From IMG/VR virus record IMGVR_UViG_3300026549_000051, positions 32,001 to 96,000 of that record: 64,000 nucleotides of DNA. The stretch is one strand, 5' to 3'. Both the position numbers and the translations under genes were made by a program. Within the stretch, counting starts at the first letter, position 1; each line of letters opens with the position of its first letter. Of this stretch, positions 63,955 through 64,000 are shown piece by piece. The stretch comes from a virus (Duplodnaviria; Caudoviricetes). Under the pieces are notes generated by a model. It was not told the origin of the DNA, did no database searches, and saw nothing but the letters and a program-made list of their open reading frames with translations.

Positions 63955-64000
63955 TTTTTCCTAGTTCACCTCGGTGAGTAGGTATAATCATAGTATGAGC

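Noticed and set aside
1-64000. Stop-codon reassignment
   Set aside because: Long genes are intact in code 11, coding density is high, and TAA, TAG and TGA all end genes with coupled neighbours.
1-64000. Integrated prophage with att sites
   Set aside because: No integrase, repressor/cro switch or host housekeeping genes recognised.

Overview
The whole window is tailed-phage DNA of podovirus-like type. It carries a terminase, major capsid protein, scaffold, portal, a 2168-aa ejection-type protein, tail tubular-like genes, fibres, an amidase/holin lysis cassette, Sak4/SSB and SF2/SF3 helicases. I found no integrase, DNA polymerase or recognisable primase. Positions 1-6.2 kb recur in diverged form about 59.2 kb later (59.2-64 kb). 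The lysis cassette also occurs twice, inverted and at different map positions (8.2-10.3 kb and 50.0-52.1 kb). The simplest reading is the end of one phage joined to the start of a related phage, with the junction probably in the divergent non-coding centre at 24-26.5 kb; this gives a built-in comparative pair. A KGG-repeat gene suggests a Saccharibacteria (TM7) host (inference). The most notable signals are: (1) two HNH genes inserted into the 3' ends of genes, each supplying a recoded replacement end and fusing to the displaced original end; (2) near-total strand-specific TC avoidance in the early region; (3) several structured intergenic RNAs, including a tRNA-shaped RNA with a truncated anticodon arm and a 250-nt pseudoknotted RNA; (4) a TATAAT-N6-ATG leaderless promoter grammar, with mini-ORFs and a conserved 22-bp bidirectional promoter; (5) a conserved unannotated micropeptide and a long-stem RNA flanking the lysis genes; (6) Cys-rich, metallothionein-like N-termini on many virion-region proteins. 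All functional calls come from motif recognition by eye; no searches were run.
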